Shown here piece after piece: positions 18,181-27,668 of a DNA stretch of 44,289 nt. Position 1 is the stretch's first letter, and each line of letters opens with the position of its first letter. The stretch is from NCBI GenBank assembly GCA_035705395.1, contig DASSWC010000243.1, positions 1 to 44,289 of the forward strand, in the 5' to 3' direction. The notes under the pieces were generated by a model, which saw nothing but the letters and a program-made list of their open reading frames with translations, was not told where the DNA came from and did not search any database. This DNA is from Pricia sp. Its GTDB lineage: Bacteria > Bacteroidota > Bacteroidia > Flavobacteriales > Flavobacteriaceae. Position numbers and translations under genes: made by a program.

Positions 18181-20301
18181 CTAATAGAATGCCGCGCGGT
18201 TATCCTCGATTTCCGAGGTTTCTTTCAAAGCTTGATAGACTTCGGTATTCACTTGCGCCTTCCTGGCCCTTTCTAACGAGTTGGCGTAGGTGCTATAATT
18301 GTCCAGTTCCGGAGCTTCGGTCTTTTTGGTGACCGTAATCTTAAAGACTCCGGTGTTGCCCTCTATCAGTTCGGATGTTTCGCCCTCTTTCATGGCTAAC
18401 GCAGCCCCCACTACTGCGGGTTCGGAGCCCGAACCGGGAATGGTTGGCGATTTTACAGTCAAAGCCGAGGCCGTCGACGTACTGACATTGTTACCTTCGG
18501 CAATATCTTCGATAGATTTGCCCTTGTTCGCGGAAATGATCTGCGCCGCTTTGCGTTCTTTCCGGATCTTTGGCAGTACCGTTGGCGACGCTTCCTCGAC
18601 AGACATAAGGCCCTCCTCATTACTGTCGGTAAGCTGCACCACGGCATATCCGTCGGTCAAATCGAATCGTTTTATCTCCCCGATTTCGGTATCTTCATTA
18701 AAGGCCCATTGCACAATATTGCGCTGTGACGAGAGTCCCGGTAGATTTTCATCGGTGGCCTTCAGCTTGTTGACCGGCCGCACGGTATATTTCTTTTCCT
18801 TGGCCAGGTCGGAGAAGGCCTTGTCCGACGAAATGGATTCCATCTCGAATTGGGTGGCATCGGTAAAGAGTTGGTTGACGGTGCCTTCGGAGGGCTCGAT
18901 CTCACGGGCCAAGGTGGCTATCTGTACGATATCGCGCTTATCGTCGATCTTGACGACGTGGAATCCGAAATCCGTTTCTACCATGCCGATGGTACCGACA
19001 GGGTTCCCAAACGCAAAATCGTTGAACTCGGGCACCATCCGACCTTCCTGAAAATACCCCAGATCGCCCCCGTTGGGTGCTGATGGTCCGTCGGAATTGT
19101 CCCTGGCCAACGCTGCGAATTGGGTATCCTCCTTACGGGCTTCCCTTAAAAGTCTTTTGGCTTCGGCCTCGGCTTCTTCTTTGGTGCGTGTCACTTCTGG
19201 GTCTGCACCTTGAGACCCTTCGTAGGTAATCAAGATATGGCTGGCCTTTACGGAACCCCCGGGTTTCCGATCCATCATCTTGGTGACCTTGAAGTAATCG
19301 CCATCGCGATAAGGTCCGAATATTTCACCGGCCTGAAGCCCCATCAAGGTATCGGCAAATTGGGCCGGCAACTGATTTTTTGTTTTATAGACGGTATCGA
19401 ACTTGATATCGGAATGCCGATCCAAAAAGGCCGCCATATCAGTCGTGCCTCGAAAACCACGGATGGTATCGTTCGCATCGTTCTGATCGTTATATTCTAC
19501 CGTATTGTCCATGAGTTGGGCGATGGCATCCTTGACCCCCTGTTCATCTTCCGGGGATGGTTTTTCCTCGAAATACACGAACTGAATGTCCCGGGCGGCC
19601 TCCTGTTTGAAGTCTTCCTTGTGTTCTTCGATATAACTGCGGATTTCGCTTTTGGAAACCGTTATGGAGCTATCCGGAATAGAGGCGAAGGGAACACGAA
19701 CGTATTCGATATTCATTTTCGTATTCGCCAATCGGTAGTCGAGCTTCCCTTCCTGTAAGGTCGCCCCTATCCCCGCCTTGATCAGGTTAAAATAGGTCTG
19801 TTCTTTCGCACTTTGAATGATGGACGCCTCGTTCTGTAGCCAAAAATCGTATTGTGCGGGATTGTTCACCTTTAAATCCGCGATAAAATTACGGAACTTG
19901 TTCGGATCAAAAACGCCGTTCTCGTCCTGAAACTGGGGATTTTGGGCGTATCCGGGGATGGTGCCCACATAATTCATGATCTGGTCCTGCTCGATATTGA
20001 CGCCCAGATCCTCAAACTGCCCGCCCATGATGGCATTGCGCACCTCTTGCTCCCATACCTGATTTACCGTTTGCATGGTCGATGCGCCCGGACCCGTATT
20101 TCTGGAAGCGATATCGACCTTTTGGCGAAAATCCTCAATGGAAATCTCTTCGCCATTTACCTCCCCGATGCTGGAACCTACTTTGCCCCCACCGAGGCCG
20201 TCACTTGTAAACACGCCCGAAACCACGAAGGCGAACAGGGCCAGCCCGATAATCAATATGAGAACCGTGGTCTGCCTTCTTATACTTTCTAAAATAGCCA
20301 T
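18181..20301 (-). CDS. Membrane-anchored peptidyl-prolyl isomerase (PpiD/SurA-N plus parvulin)
   Basis: N-terminal TM, KASHILI, GGDLGYF, MVPEF, ETDFGFHV; TAATTTTG promoter on minus at 20326-20333. Confidence 0.92.
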   Translation of the reverse strand: MAILESIRRQTTVLILIIGLALFAFVVSGVFTSDGLGGGKVGSSIGEVNGEEISIEDFRQKVDIASRNTGPGASTMQTVNQVWEQEVRNAIMGGQFEDLGVNIEQDQIMNYVGTIPGYAQNPQFQDENGVFDPNKFRNFIADLKVNNPAQYDFWLQNEASIIQSAKEQTYFNLIKAGIGATLQEGKLDYRLANTKMNIEYVRVPFASIPDSSITVSKSEIRSYIEEHKEDFKQEAARDIQFVYFEEKPSPEDEQGVKDAIAQLMDNTVEYNDQNDANDTIRGFRGTTDMAAFLDRHSDIKFDTVYKTKNQLPAQFADTLMGLQAGEIFGPYRDGDYFKVTKMMDRKPGGSVKASHILITYEGSQGADPEVTRTKEEAEAEAKRLLREARKEDTQFAALARDNSDGPSAPNGGDLGYFQEGRMVPEFNDFAFGNPVGTIGMVETDFGFHVVKIDDKRDIVQIATLAREIEPSEGTVNQLFTDATQFEMESISSDKAFSDLAKEKKYTVRPVNKLKATDENLPGLSSQRNIVQWAFNEDTEIGEIKRFDLTDGYAVVQLTDSNEEGLMSVEEASPTVLPKIRKERKAAQIISANKGKSIEDIAEGNNVSTSTASALTVKSPTIPGSGSEPAVVGAALAMKEGETSELIEGNTGVFKITVTKKTEAPELDNYSTYANSLERARKAQVNTEVYQALKETSEIEDNRAAFY

Positions 20302-20425
20302 TTATGGAATTTTTAAATCGATTTGCAAAATTAGGGTTTTCTTTTGACATGCCCAGACGAAAAAACCAGTGAAATTCTATCCGTTTTTAGCCCTGCCCTG
20401 CGCCCGAACCTGTCCTTTGAACTTG

Positions 20426-21721
20426 CTATTCCCGCTCCAATACCTGCAGCGAAACCAGGTCGATTTTGGTGCTTGATACTTCCAATATTTTGAATATAAA
20501 CCCTTCGATCCGAATCTCGGATTCCCGTTCGGGAATTTCTCCCCTTTCGTTGACAATCAATCCCCCTAAGGTTTCGTATTCCTCACTTTCGGGCAGTTCG
20601 AGCTTGTAGGTTTCGTTCAGGTAATCGACTTCCAGCCGTGCGGAAAACTGGTAGGTGGTGGCGTTGACCTTTTCCTCGACCAGATCGGTGGTATCGTGTT
20701 CGTCCTCAATCTCTCCGAATAGTTCCTCGATGATATCCTCAACGGTCATAAGGCCCGAGGTGCCCCCATACTCGTCGAGCACCACCGCAATGCTTTTTCG
20801 TTTTTTGGTAAGGATGTCCAAAATATCCTGTATCAACATGGTTTCAGGCACGAATTCGACGGGCAACAGAATACTTTTTAGGGTCTTCGGTTTCTTGAAC
20901 AGTTCGTACGAATGCACATATCCAATGATATCGTCGATCGTATCCTTATAGATCAGAATTTTCGAGAGTCCCGTTTCAGAGAAAAGTTTCGTCAGATTCT
21001 TCGGGGTTTCATGAAGTTCTACGGCTATAATCTCCGTGCGGGGGACCATCACTTCCCGAGCCTTGACCTCGGCGAACTCTAGGGCGTTCTGGAATATCTG
21101 TATTTCCGAATCGACATCGTCTTCCGCTTTCACTGTCTCCATCTGTTCGGTAATGTAATCGCCCAGCTCGATTTTACTGAAAGAAAGCTGCACTTGGTCA
21201 CCATCGGTCTTAAAAAGAGTTTTTAGGATTACGTCTGATACCCATATTACAAATTCGGAAATGACGGAAAACGTCAGATAGAAGAAATACGCGGGAATGG
21301 CCAGAAACTTCAACAGGGTATTTGAGTAGATCTGAAAGAACACCTTGGGCAAAAATTCGGCCGTCAAGAGGATAATGAGCGTTGAAATGATGGTCTGGGT
21401 CACCAAACTGAAATCTGTCAAAACGAGGCTCAGAAACGGGTTCGTCACGGGCAGCATGTCCTGGAACCACAGCATCAACAGATCGCCCATGAAGAGACCG
21501 TAGATGACCAGCGCGATATTATTGCCGATCAGCATCGTCGCGATGAATTTCGAAGGCTTTTTGGTCAATCGGGCAAGAACTTTGGCCAGAAAGCCTTCCT
21601 GCTTTTTCTCAATCTCAATATGGATCTTGTTGGCCGAAATAAAGGCGATTTCCATTCCCGAGAAAAAAGCCGAAAAAAGCAGGGAAAGCACAATGATCAA
21701 TATGTAAATTTCCAAGGTCAA
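20426..21721 (-). CDS. Hemolysin-family CNNM/CBS/CorC domain protein
   Basis: SAFFSGMEIAF, AEFLPK, VMVPRT, VLDEYGGTSG, EELFGEIEDEHD, TLGG; exact start uncertain. Confidence 0.92.
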   Translation of the reverse strand: MTLEIYILIIVLSLLFSAFFSGMEIAFISANKIHIEIEKKQEGFLAKVLARLTKKPSKFIATMLIGNNIALVIYGLFMGDLLMLWFQDMLPVTNPFLSLVLTDFSLVTQTIISTLIILLTAEFLPKVFFQIYSNTLLKFLAIPAYFFYLTFSVISEFVIWVSDVILKTLFKTDGDQVQLSFSKIELGDYITEQMETVKAEDDVDSEIQIFQNALEFAEVKAREVMVPRTEIIAVELHETPKNLTKLFSETGLSKILIYKDTIDDIIGYVHSYELFKKPKTLKSILLPVEFVPETMLIQDILDILTKKRKSIAVVLDEYGGTSGLMTVEDIIEELFGEIEDEHDTTDLVEEKVNATTYQFSARLEVDYLNETYKLELPESEEYETLGGLIVNERGEIPERESEIRIEGFIFKILEVSSTKIDLVSLQVLERE

Positions 21722-21927
21722 GACCGGTGCTGATTATCGTGTTTTCGCTTTTCGAATTTCTTTCGATAGTTCCTGCGGAAGAAGTACATACCTATAGATA
21801 CCGCGGCAAAAAATACGAACAGATAGGCACTGTTGCGGTCTATGTTCCAGTCCGTATAGATTCGGTACACAGAGAATACAAATACCGCCAAATACAGATA
21901 TTCGGTATATCTTAAAAACTTTATCAT
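21718..21927 (-). CDS. Small membrane protein
   Basis: Two TM helices and a basic tail; overlaps both neighbours by 4 nt. Confidence 0.8.
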   Translation of the reverse strand: MIKFLRYTEYLYLAVFVFSVYRIYTDWNIDRNSAYLFVFFAAVSIGMYFFRRNYRKKFEKRKHDNQHRS

Positions 21928-22529
21928 TGTGATTCTTCTTTTATCGTCATTAGTCCGTACGTTTTATGGGCGTAGAGATTGCTCAGGCTTTTGTTGAAAT
22001 CCATGCCCTCCCCATCCATTACCGTGCCTTCTTCAGGGTTGGTGAACTTGAATTTGTTTTGGGTGAAGATCCAATTGTTGTCCTGGTCCCAGAACAGCTG
22101 GGGCGCTTCGAGTATTTTACCGTCATGGCTCTCGATCACCACATTACCTTGCAAATCTATGATATCCGTAGCGGAATAAATTATGGCATAATCGGCCTTA
22201 ATGATACTTTTTTGGCCTTCATCGTTAAAAAAGTCGACCGTAAGGCCGTCGGGAAATGTCCGATAGGGAAATTCCAGATTCGTATAATCTTTGGTCAAGG
22301 GACTTCTGAGCACCGCTATCACCTTGGTAGTCGCCGAATCTTCACTGCTTACATCGGTCCTGGCCTCGGTATAGGTGAACACTACATTTTCACCGATACC
22401 GACAGGATACATCAAGGGCGCCTTCTCCTGCCCCGATCTTTCGTAATTATCGGTACAGCAGCAAAAAAATATTGCCATGGAAATAACCATGGCAATACGT
22501 TTAAAACCATTTTCAACACAATGTGCCAT
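21924..22529 (-). CDS. lptC: LPS export periplasmic protein LptC
   Basis: FPDGLTVDFF, ADYA, LQGNVV, QLFWDQ, GEGM pattern typical of Bacteroidota LptC. Confidence 0.85.
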   Translation of the reverse strand: MAHCVENGFKRIAMVISMAIFFCCCTDNYERSGQEKAPLMYPVGIGENVVFTYTEARTDVSSEDSATTKVIAVLRSPLTKDYTNLEFPYRTFPDGLTVDFFNDEGQKSIIKADYAIIYSATDIIDLQGNVVIESHDGKILEAPQLFWDQDNNWIFTQNKFKFTNPEEGTVMDGEGMDFNKSLSNLYAHKTYGLMTIKEESQ

Positions 22530-22537
22530 TACCTGTT

Positions 22538-22613
22538 TTAGATGGTGGGTGCTTTTACACGACCGCCCACCCAGTGTTAGATGTTGGGTACTTTCACACT
22601 ACCGCCCACCCAG
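22538..22613 (-). repeat. Tandem 37-bp imperfect duplication (period 39) of the TPR gene 3' end
   Basis: 22538-22574 versus 22577-22613, 4 mismatches. Confidence 0.9.
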
Positions 22614-23947
22614 CAATCGAAGCTGATTGTTTTACCGGCCATACCAGAGTTGAATATATCGGTCTTCGACGGAGCCTTTGCCGAATAACTGGCGGCCGCC
22701 TGATTCGACTGCGAACTGAGGGAGGGATCGACACGGCCTGCCTGGCGCGCCATTTCGGCCGCTTTCCAATAGACCGCCCGCTTTTCGAACGTGGTGCTAC
22801 CGCAATCGTTGGCACTCGACGCATACAGAGTGGCGATCAACAAATAGGCCTTACCGTTAGAGGCATCGGCCTTAATGGCCTGCTGCGCATAGCTTCGCGC
22901 CTTTGATTTACTTGTTTTACGTACGATGGTCGCAATTTTGTACAGGATGTTCGATTTTTTATCGGGACTCTTTTCCAATTCCACCGCTTTATTGAAGTCC
23001 TCAAGGGCCCCTTGGTTGTCACCCGCCTTCTGTTTTAACAGACCGCCGTACATATAGGCCTGGGCCGAAGGCTCCAAGGCCAACTGGGCCTCAAAAAGTT
23101 TACGGAACAGGGGATCGTCGGTACATTCCTTGCTGAACATTCTACCAACGGCGCGTTTTACCCATTTGATATCGCCTTTTTTCTCCTCGAAATTCTTTTG
23201 ATACAGGGGAATCAGGTTTTCGCAATCGGCCAATGCACCCAATTTTGCATCGACGCTACCGGCAATCTTACCATAGGATTCGGAATTGGTGGTGGCTCTC
23301 TTCAACTTACTTTTCTCTTTGGAAGTTATCGTACCTGTAGAATCCTTGGGAAGCAACTGGGTAACAATATCGGTCAACTTACTGTTCTCTTCCTCGATTT
23401 TTTCGGTCACGTCGTCGTAGACATCGAAAACTTCCTGCAATTCTTTATTTCCGGCCTTGTGCAGATCTACCAAACTGGAGAAATACAGATAAAGGGCCCT
23501 GGGGTTCGTAAAGTTTTCGGGGTTTTCTTCGAAGGCCTTTTTCAAGAGGGCATAGATTTCGGCATCGGAACCCGTTTTGTGTTCGTACATCAACAGGGCC
23601 TTATCCTGGGCTACAACGGCCGGGGTATATTTTTCGGGGAAATATTTGGTGCTATTCTCGTACAAGGTCAACAAATCTTGGATATATTTCTCCTTCTCGG
23701 CCCCTGATGATTTCTCGATCTTGTCTTTCAAGATCCGCTCGCCATAAATAAAGTTGGCTTTGTTGACTTCGGGACAGTTTTCGTAGACCATTTGCCACGG
23801 GGTATAGGCCGCCTCATAATTTTTGACCTTCACGTGCTCCACGTAAATGGACAGGTTGGTCATACATTCCTGGTTTTGGGCCTGGGCGTTGATCAAACCC
23901 AAGGATCCTAAAAAGAGCATCGCCGTGAGGTAAATCTTAGTTTTCAT
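22577..23947 (-). CDS. Exported tetratricopeptide-repeat protein
   Basis: Signal peptide MKTKIYLTAMLFLGSLGLINA, helical Ala/Tyr-rich TPR-like repeats. Confidence 0.85.
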   Translation of the reverse strand: MKTKIYLTAMLFLGSLGLINAQAQNQECMTNLSIYVEHVKVKNYEAAYTPWQMVYENCPEVNKANFIYGERILKDKIEKSSGAEKEKYIQDLLTLYENSTKYFPEKYTPAVVAQDKALLMYEHKTGSDAEIYALLKKAFEENPENFTNPRALYLYFSSLVDLHKAGNKELQEVFDVYDDVTEKIEEENSKLTDIVTQLLPKDSTGTITSKEKSKLKRATTNSESYGKIAGSVDAKLGALADCENLIPLYQKNFEEKKGDIKWVKRAVGRMFSKECTDDPLFRKLFEAQLALEPSAQAYMYGGLLKQKAGDNQGALEDFNKAVELEKSPDKKSNILYKIATIVRKTSKSKARSYAQQAIKADASNGKAYLLIATLYASSANDCGSTTFEKRAVYWKAAEMARQAGRVDPSLSSQSNQAAASYSAKAPSKTDIFNSGMAGKTISFDCWVGGSVKVPNI

Positions 23948-24163
23948 TTTTTCAAGTTTATTTGTGTTTTTAAGGGTTTGCCCCCGATTGCGATCGAAGG
24001 TCATGTTTATCGAGGGGGTCAATGTACTAATTTTTTGCCAACAGAACCATAGGAAATACAGAATTTGGCCTTTTAAGGATGATTTTCATCTGGACATCTA
24101 TTCCCAAATGCTCATTTTATTAAAGACCCTATCCATCCGCCTTTTGATTGTGCACCAAATAAC

Positions 24164-25450
24164 TTAGTTAATTTTCCGCTTCTGAAACCACTGATCGTTC
24201 AGCGACAGCCCGACGTTGACCTTAAAATAGCTTTCCTCTATTAGGTCTGCCGAGGTCGTTCCCCTTCTCCCCAGTTCAAAACCTAGGTTGAGGTTGGAGA
24301 GGCTGTTACCGAGTGGTAAACCTAGACCAAAAGTTATGCCAAAGTTGTTTATCTCCGTCTCATTAATGATCATCCCGGTTTTCTCCAGGCGTAGGCCGGC
24401 CCTATAGGTTATCCTATTAAAGTAACTTTGGAACGAACTGCGGTTGGGAGTATAGAAGCCTCCGAATGCGAGGGTACTGGCGTTTTCGTACATCACATTA
24501 TCGAATTGAAGAAAGTTGTACGATAGATCACCCAGTTCCTGAAAGCTGTATTCCACGCCCAAAAACCACTTCATGTTCTCGCCATATCCGATGCCCAGCG
24601 TAGTGGTGGTAGGAATTTTGACCCCGGCTTCCTTCAGTCCCCGCGCCGCCAGGTTGACATTGATGATCTCGATATCCTCACCCGTAGTCAATGAAAAGGA
24701 ACCGATCTGTCGGGTATTGCGTGCCGATAGGTTGGCTTGAGTATTTATGCGTAAAGATGTAACAAATGTGTGTTTTTCATCGATCGCGGGGGTGTAATTT
24801 AAGGCGTAGTTCAAATCGAAACCGTTGATACGGGATACCCTGAGGTCCTTGGCTCCGAACTGCACGTTTTCGGTACTTTGCTGCCATAATCTTTCGATTC
24901 TGCCGAAATTATAATTGGCCGTTATACCGACACTCAAATTTTTTAGGAATTCGTACCCCACGGAAAAGTAGACCTGGTTCAGACCACCGTTGCCGGAGTA
25001 TTCTTTTAGGATCCGTGACCCCTCAGCTCCGCTCAGGTCCTCAAAATTATAACCTACCGAGGTGTAATTTTTGACCCCGAAGCCGACGCCGAGACCTTTT
25101 TTCAGGCTAAGGCCCAAGGCCAGATAGTCGAGGTTGGTGACGGAATTGCTCTGTTCAGTGGTAAAGCTCTTGAGACGCAACTGCTTATGCGAGATGCCCG
25201 CGGTGTAAGTCGTGATTCCAAAATAGTCCCCGTATTCAACGCCCAGTTGGCTGTAGGCGGCAGGATTCTTCAGATTGACGTGTATGCTGTCTGCGTACAT
25301 GGCAATACCGCCCATCATTTGGTTTTCAATTGTTCCCCCATCCCGAATGTCTCCAAGGCCAAAATAGGAATAGGGGGAAACCGTTCCGTCTTGGGCGCAG
25401 ATACCCGTAAAGGCCAGAGACGCTATTGCAAAACCTATTTTTTTGATCAT
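24164..25450 (-). CDS. Outer-membrane beta-barrel protein (FadL/OmpP1-like)
   Basis: Signal peptide, SPYSYFGLG, NPA motif, amphipathic strands, C-terminal WF. Confidence 0.8.
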   Translation of the reverse strand: MIKKIGFAIASLAFTGICAQDGTVSPYSYFGLGDIRDGGTIENQMMGGIAMYADSIHVNLKNPAAYSQLGVEYGDYFGITTYTAGISHKQLRLKSFTTEQSNSVTNLDYLALGLSLKKGLGVGFGVKNYTSVGYNFEDLSGAEGSRILKEYSGNGGLNQVYFSVGYEFLKNLSVGITANYNFGRIERLWQQSTENVQFGAKDLRVSRINGFDLNYALNYTPAIDEKHTFVTSLRINTQANLSARNTRQIGSFSLTTGEDIEIINVNLAARGLKEAGVKIPTTTTLGIGYGENMKWFLGVEYSFQELGDLSYNFLQFDNVMYENASTLAFGGFYTPNRSSFQSYFNRITYRAGLRLEKTGMIINETEINNFGITFGLGLPLGNSLSNLNLGFELGRRGTTSADLIEESYFKVNVGLSLNDQWFQKRKIN

Positions 25451-25562
25451 TGAATCGCTTTGGGTTTAAGCTCTCGGCCGGATGGCCCATTCTCGGGATG
25501 CTTCGTTTGACAGCATCGACGGCGATTCCGAACGTCGGGACGGTAGTATTCGGTTTCTCGCA

Positions 25563-25601
25563 TCGAACTCATGGTATGCTTTTCGAACTCATTTAATGCT
25601 T
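25563..25601 (-). repeat. Tandem 19-bp imperfect duplication (period 20) spanning the coaX stop
   Basis: TCGAACTCAT-GGT-ATGCTT and TCGAACTCAT-TTA-ATGCTT. Confidence 0.75.
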
Positions 25602-26321
25602 ATTGTATTCCAACAGATAATTAAGCCCCTCAAGGAGAAAATTGGAATGGGCAAAGATGGTATTTTTTAGCCGCTTTGACAAAAATTGGGTGTCGCCGCC
25701 TGTTAAAATAACTGTTAAATCTGCAAAGCGGGATCGGTACTGATCAATGACCCCGTCGATTTCACGGCACATCCCGTTGATTACCCCGCTGTGGATGCCG
25801 GCCTCGGTAGCATTCCCTATAAAATCGGTAAAATCTTCAGGCTGTAAAAGCGGCAGTTTCAGGGTCTGCCGGTGCAGTGCGCGGTAGCGCATATTCAGTC
25901 CCGGCGAAATGGCGCCGCCGAGATACTCCCCATGGTCGTTTACCATATCGTAGGTAATACAGGTGCCCGCATCGATGACAAGGGCATTCCCTTTCGGGTT
26001 GTGGTAAAAGGCGGAAGTGGCCAATGCGATTCTATCGACCCCCAAGGTATCGGGGGTGGCATACAAATTTTTAAAAGGCACCTTTGAGGAGGAGCTTAAC
26101 TCGTGCATTTCACAAAAAACGGCCACTACGGCGAGTACTTTGCGATCCAGGTTTCCAAAGGAAGAAACGATACTATGACTGATTCTGGGATAGTGATCGC
26201 AGATTTCCTTGACCTGCCGCGCTACATGCCCTAACTCGGCCGTTTGATGGAAAATTAATTTTTTCTTATCGAAAACGGCTAGCTTGACCGCGGTGTTTCC
26301 GGCATCTATAATCAGGTTCAT
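25593..26321 (-). CDS. coaX: Type III pantothenate kinase
   Basis: IDAGNT, LGVDR, VIDAGTCIT, GGAISPG, ILTGGD. Confidence 0.96.
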   Translation of the reverse strand: MNLIIDAGNTAVKLAVFDKKKLIFHQTAELGHVARQVKEICDHYPRISHSIVSSFGNLDRKVLAVVAVFCEMHELSSSSKVPFKNLYATPDTLGVDRIALATSAFYHNPKGNALVIDAGTCITYDMVNDHGEYLGGAISPGLNMRYRALHRQTLKLPLLQPEDFTDFIGNATEAGIHSGVINGMCREIDGVIDQYRSRFADLTVILTGGDTQFLSKRLKNTIFAHSNFLLEGLNYLLEYNKH

Positions 26322-26447
26322 GACGTAAAGATCAAAAAATGGATAAAAACAAAGGCCTTTTTTATAAATTTTGTTTGTATATCGTAAAATTGAAATTATA
26401 TTTGCAACCTCTTAAAATCGCCTTTACCGGGCGACTTTACAAAGGCC

Positions 26448-26520
<73 letters not shown>

Positions 26521-26521
26521 C

Positions 26522-26554
26522 AAAAAAATCCTTACGTAACGTAAGGGTTTTTTT
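26522..26554 (+). terminator. Intrinsic terminator after tRNA-Phe
   Basis: AAAAAATCCTTACG-TAA-CGTAAGGGTTTTTTT. Confidence 0.85.
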
Positions 26555-26589
26555 GGTTTTTACAAGTATCTTGCGAAAAACTTCGTGTT

Positions 26590-27567
26590 TTGACTACCAT
26601 AGATGCCTCAACCCCTATTCCCGAACTACAAAGGTACCTACTTGAGAGGGAATGGTTACACGTCAATGAGCATATAAAATCCACGGAACCACCAGGCTCG
26701 GGCAATATGAACGTGGTGCTTAGGGTGGTCACCGACCAGCGCTCGTTTATCCTCAAACAATCGCGGCCTTATGTCGAAAAATATAAAGAGGTAGCAGCGC
26801 CGCTGGAACGCATTGCCGTGGAAAAGAATTTTTACCAGGCAGTTCGGAACAATGCGGTTAACGCCCATATACCCAATATCTTGGGTTATGATTCGGAAGA
26901 GAACCTGCTGCTTCTTGAAGATTTGGGACACTGCCGGGATATGGTCGTCATCTACGAAAAAAGGGATATTTCGGCCCGGGAATTGGATCGGTTGGTGTTT
27001 ATACTCGGACTAATCCATAGAAAAGGGGTAGGCGACAATTTTCCGGATAATATCGAAATGCGCCAACTCAACCACCGACATATTTTCGTGCTTCCCTTTT
27101 TGGAGGACAACGGTCTGGACTTGGATGAGGTACAACCCGGACTACAGGAGCTTTCCATATCGTTCAAGGGGGATGCGGCCCTGAAATCGGTGGTCGATCA
27201 CATCGGGGAAAAATACCTGTCCCCCGGTAACACCCTATTGCACGGCGATTATTATCCAGGAAGTTGGATGACCGAAGCGGACAATCTCTATGTCATAGAC
27301 CCCGAATTCGCCTTTGCCGGTTTTGCGGAATTTGATCTGGGCATCATGGCGGCCCACCTCATCATGGCCACCGGAAAAAAAAGATACCTTACCCTGATCT
27401 ATGACAAGTACCAGGGCGAGGCGGATAAAAACCTGATGGGCCAGGTAGCGGGCATCGAAATCGTACGCCGGTTAATCGGATTGGCCCAATTGCCGCTGCA
27501 ACGGAGTATTCCCGAAAAACGCAAATTGCTGAAAAAGGCCCGTAAACTAATTTTGGGACGCCCTTAA
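26590..27567 (+). CDS. APH/choline-kinase-fold phosphotransferase, 5-methylthioribose-kinase-like
   Basis: GSGNMNVVLRV, ILKQSRPYV, LLHGDYYPGS and IDPEFAFAG resemble MtnK GNLN, HGDLHTGS and DPEFAFYG; TTG start. Confidence 0.8.
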   Translation: MTTIDASTPIPELQRYLLEREWLHVNEHIKSTEPPGSGNMNVVLRVVTDQRSFILKQSRPYVEKYKEVAAPLERIAVEKNFYQAVRNNAVNAHIPNILGYDSEENLLLLEDLGHCRDMVVIYEKRDISARELDRLVFILGLIHRKGVGDNFPDNIEMRQLNHRHIFVLPFLEDNGLDLDEVQPGLQELSISFKGDAALKSVVDHIGEKYLSPGNTLLHGDYYPGSWMTEADNLYVIDPEFAFAGFAEFDLGIMAAHLIMATGKKRYLTLIYDKYQGEADKNLMGQVAGIEIVRRLIGLAQLPLQRSIPEKRKLLKKARKLILGRP

Positions 27568-27668
27568 GCTATCCGAAGAGCCAATTACGCATTTCTAGCC
27601 GCTACACTCTGGCCCCTTGGCACCACCTAAATGGATTGCCCGCCGCGTTTGAAATACAAGCAAAGCTT

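Noticed and set aside
18299-19051. Long antisense ORFs (also 39388-40344, 16276-16911, 37853-38554 and others)
   Set aside because: They are shadows of well-supported genes on the opposite strand and show no recognisable motifs
22538-22613. Template/variable repeat pair of a diversity-generating retroelement
   Set aside because: The mismatches are not confined to adenines of either copy, the repeat is only 37 bp, and there is no reverse transcriptase in the window
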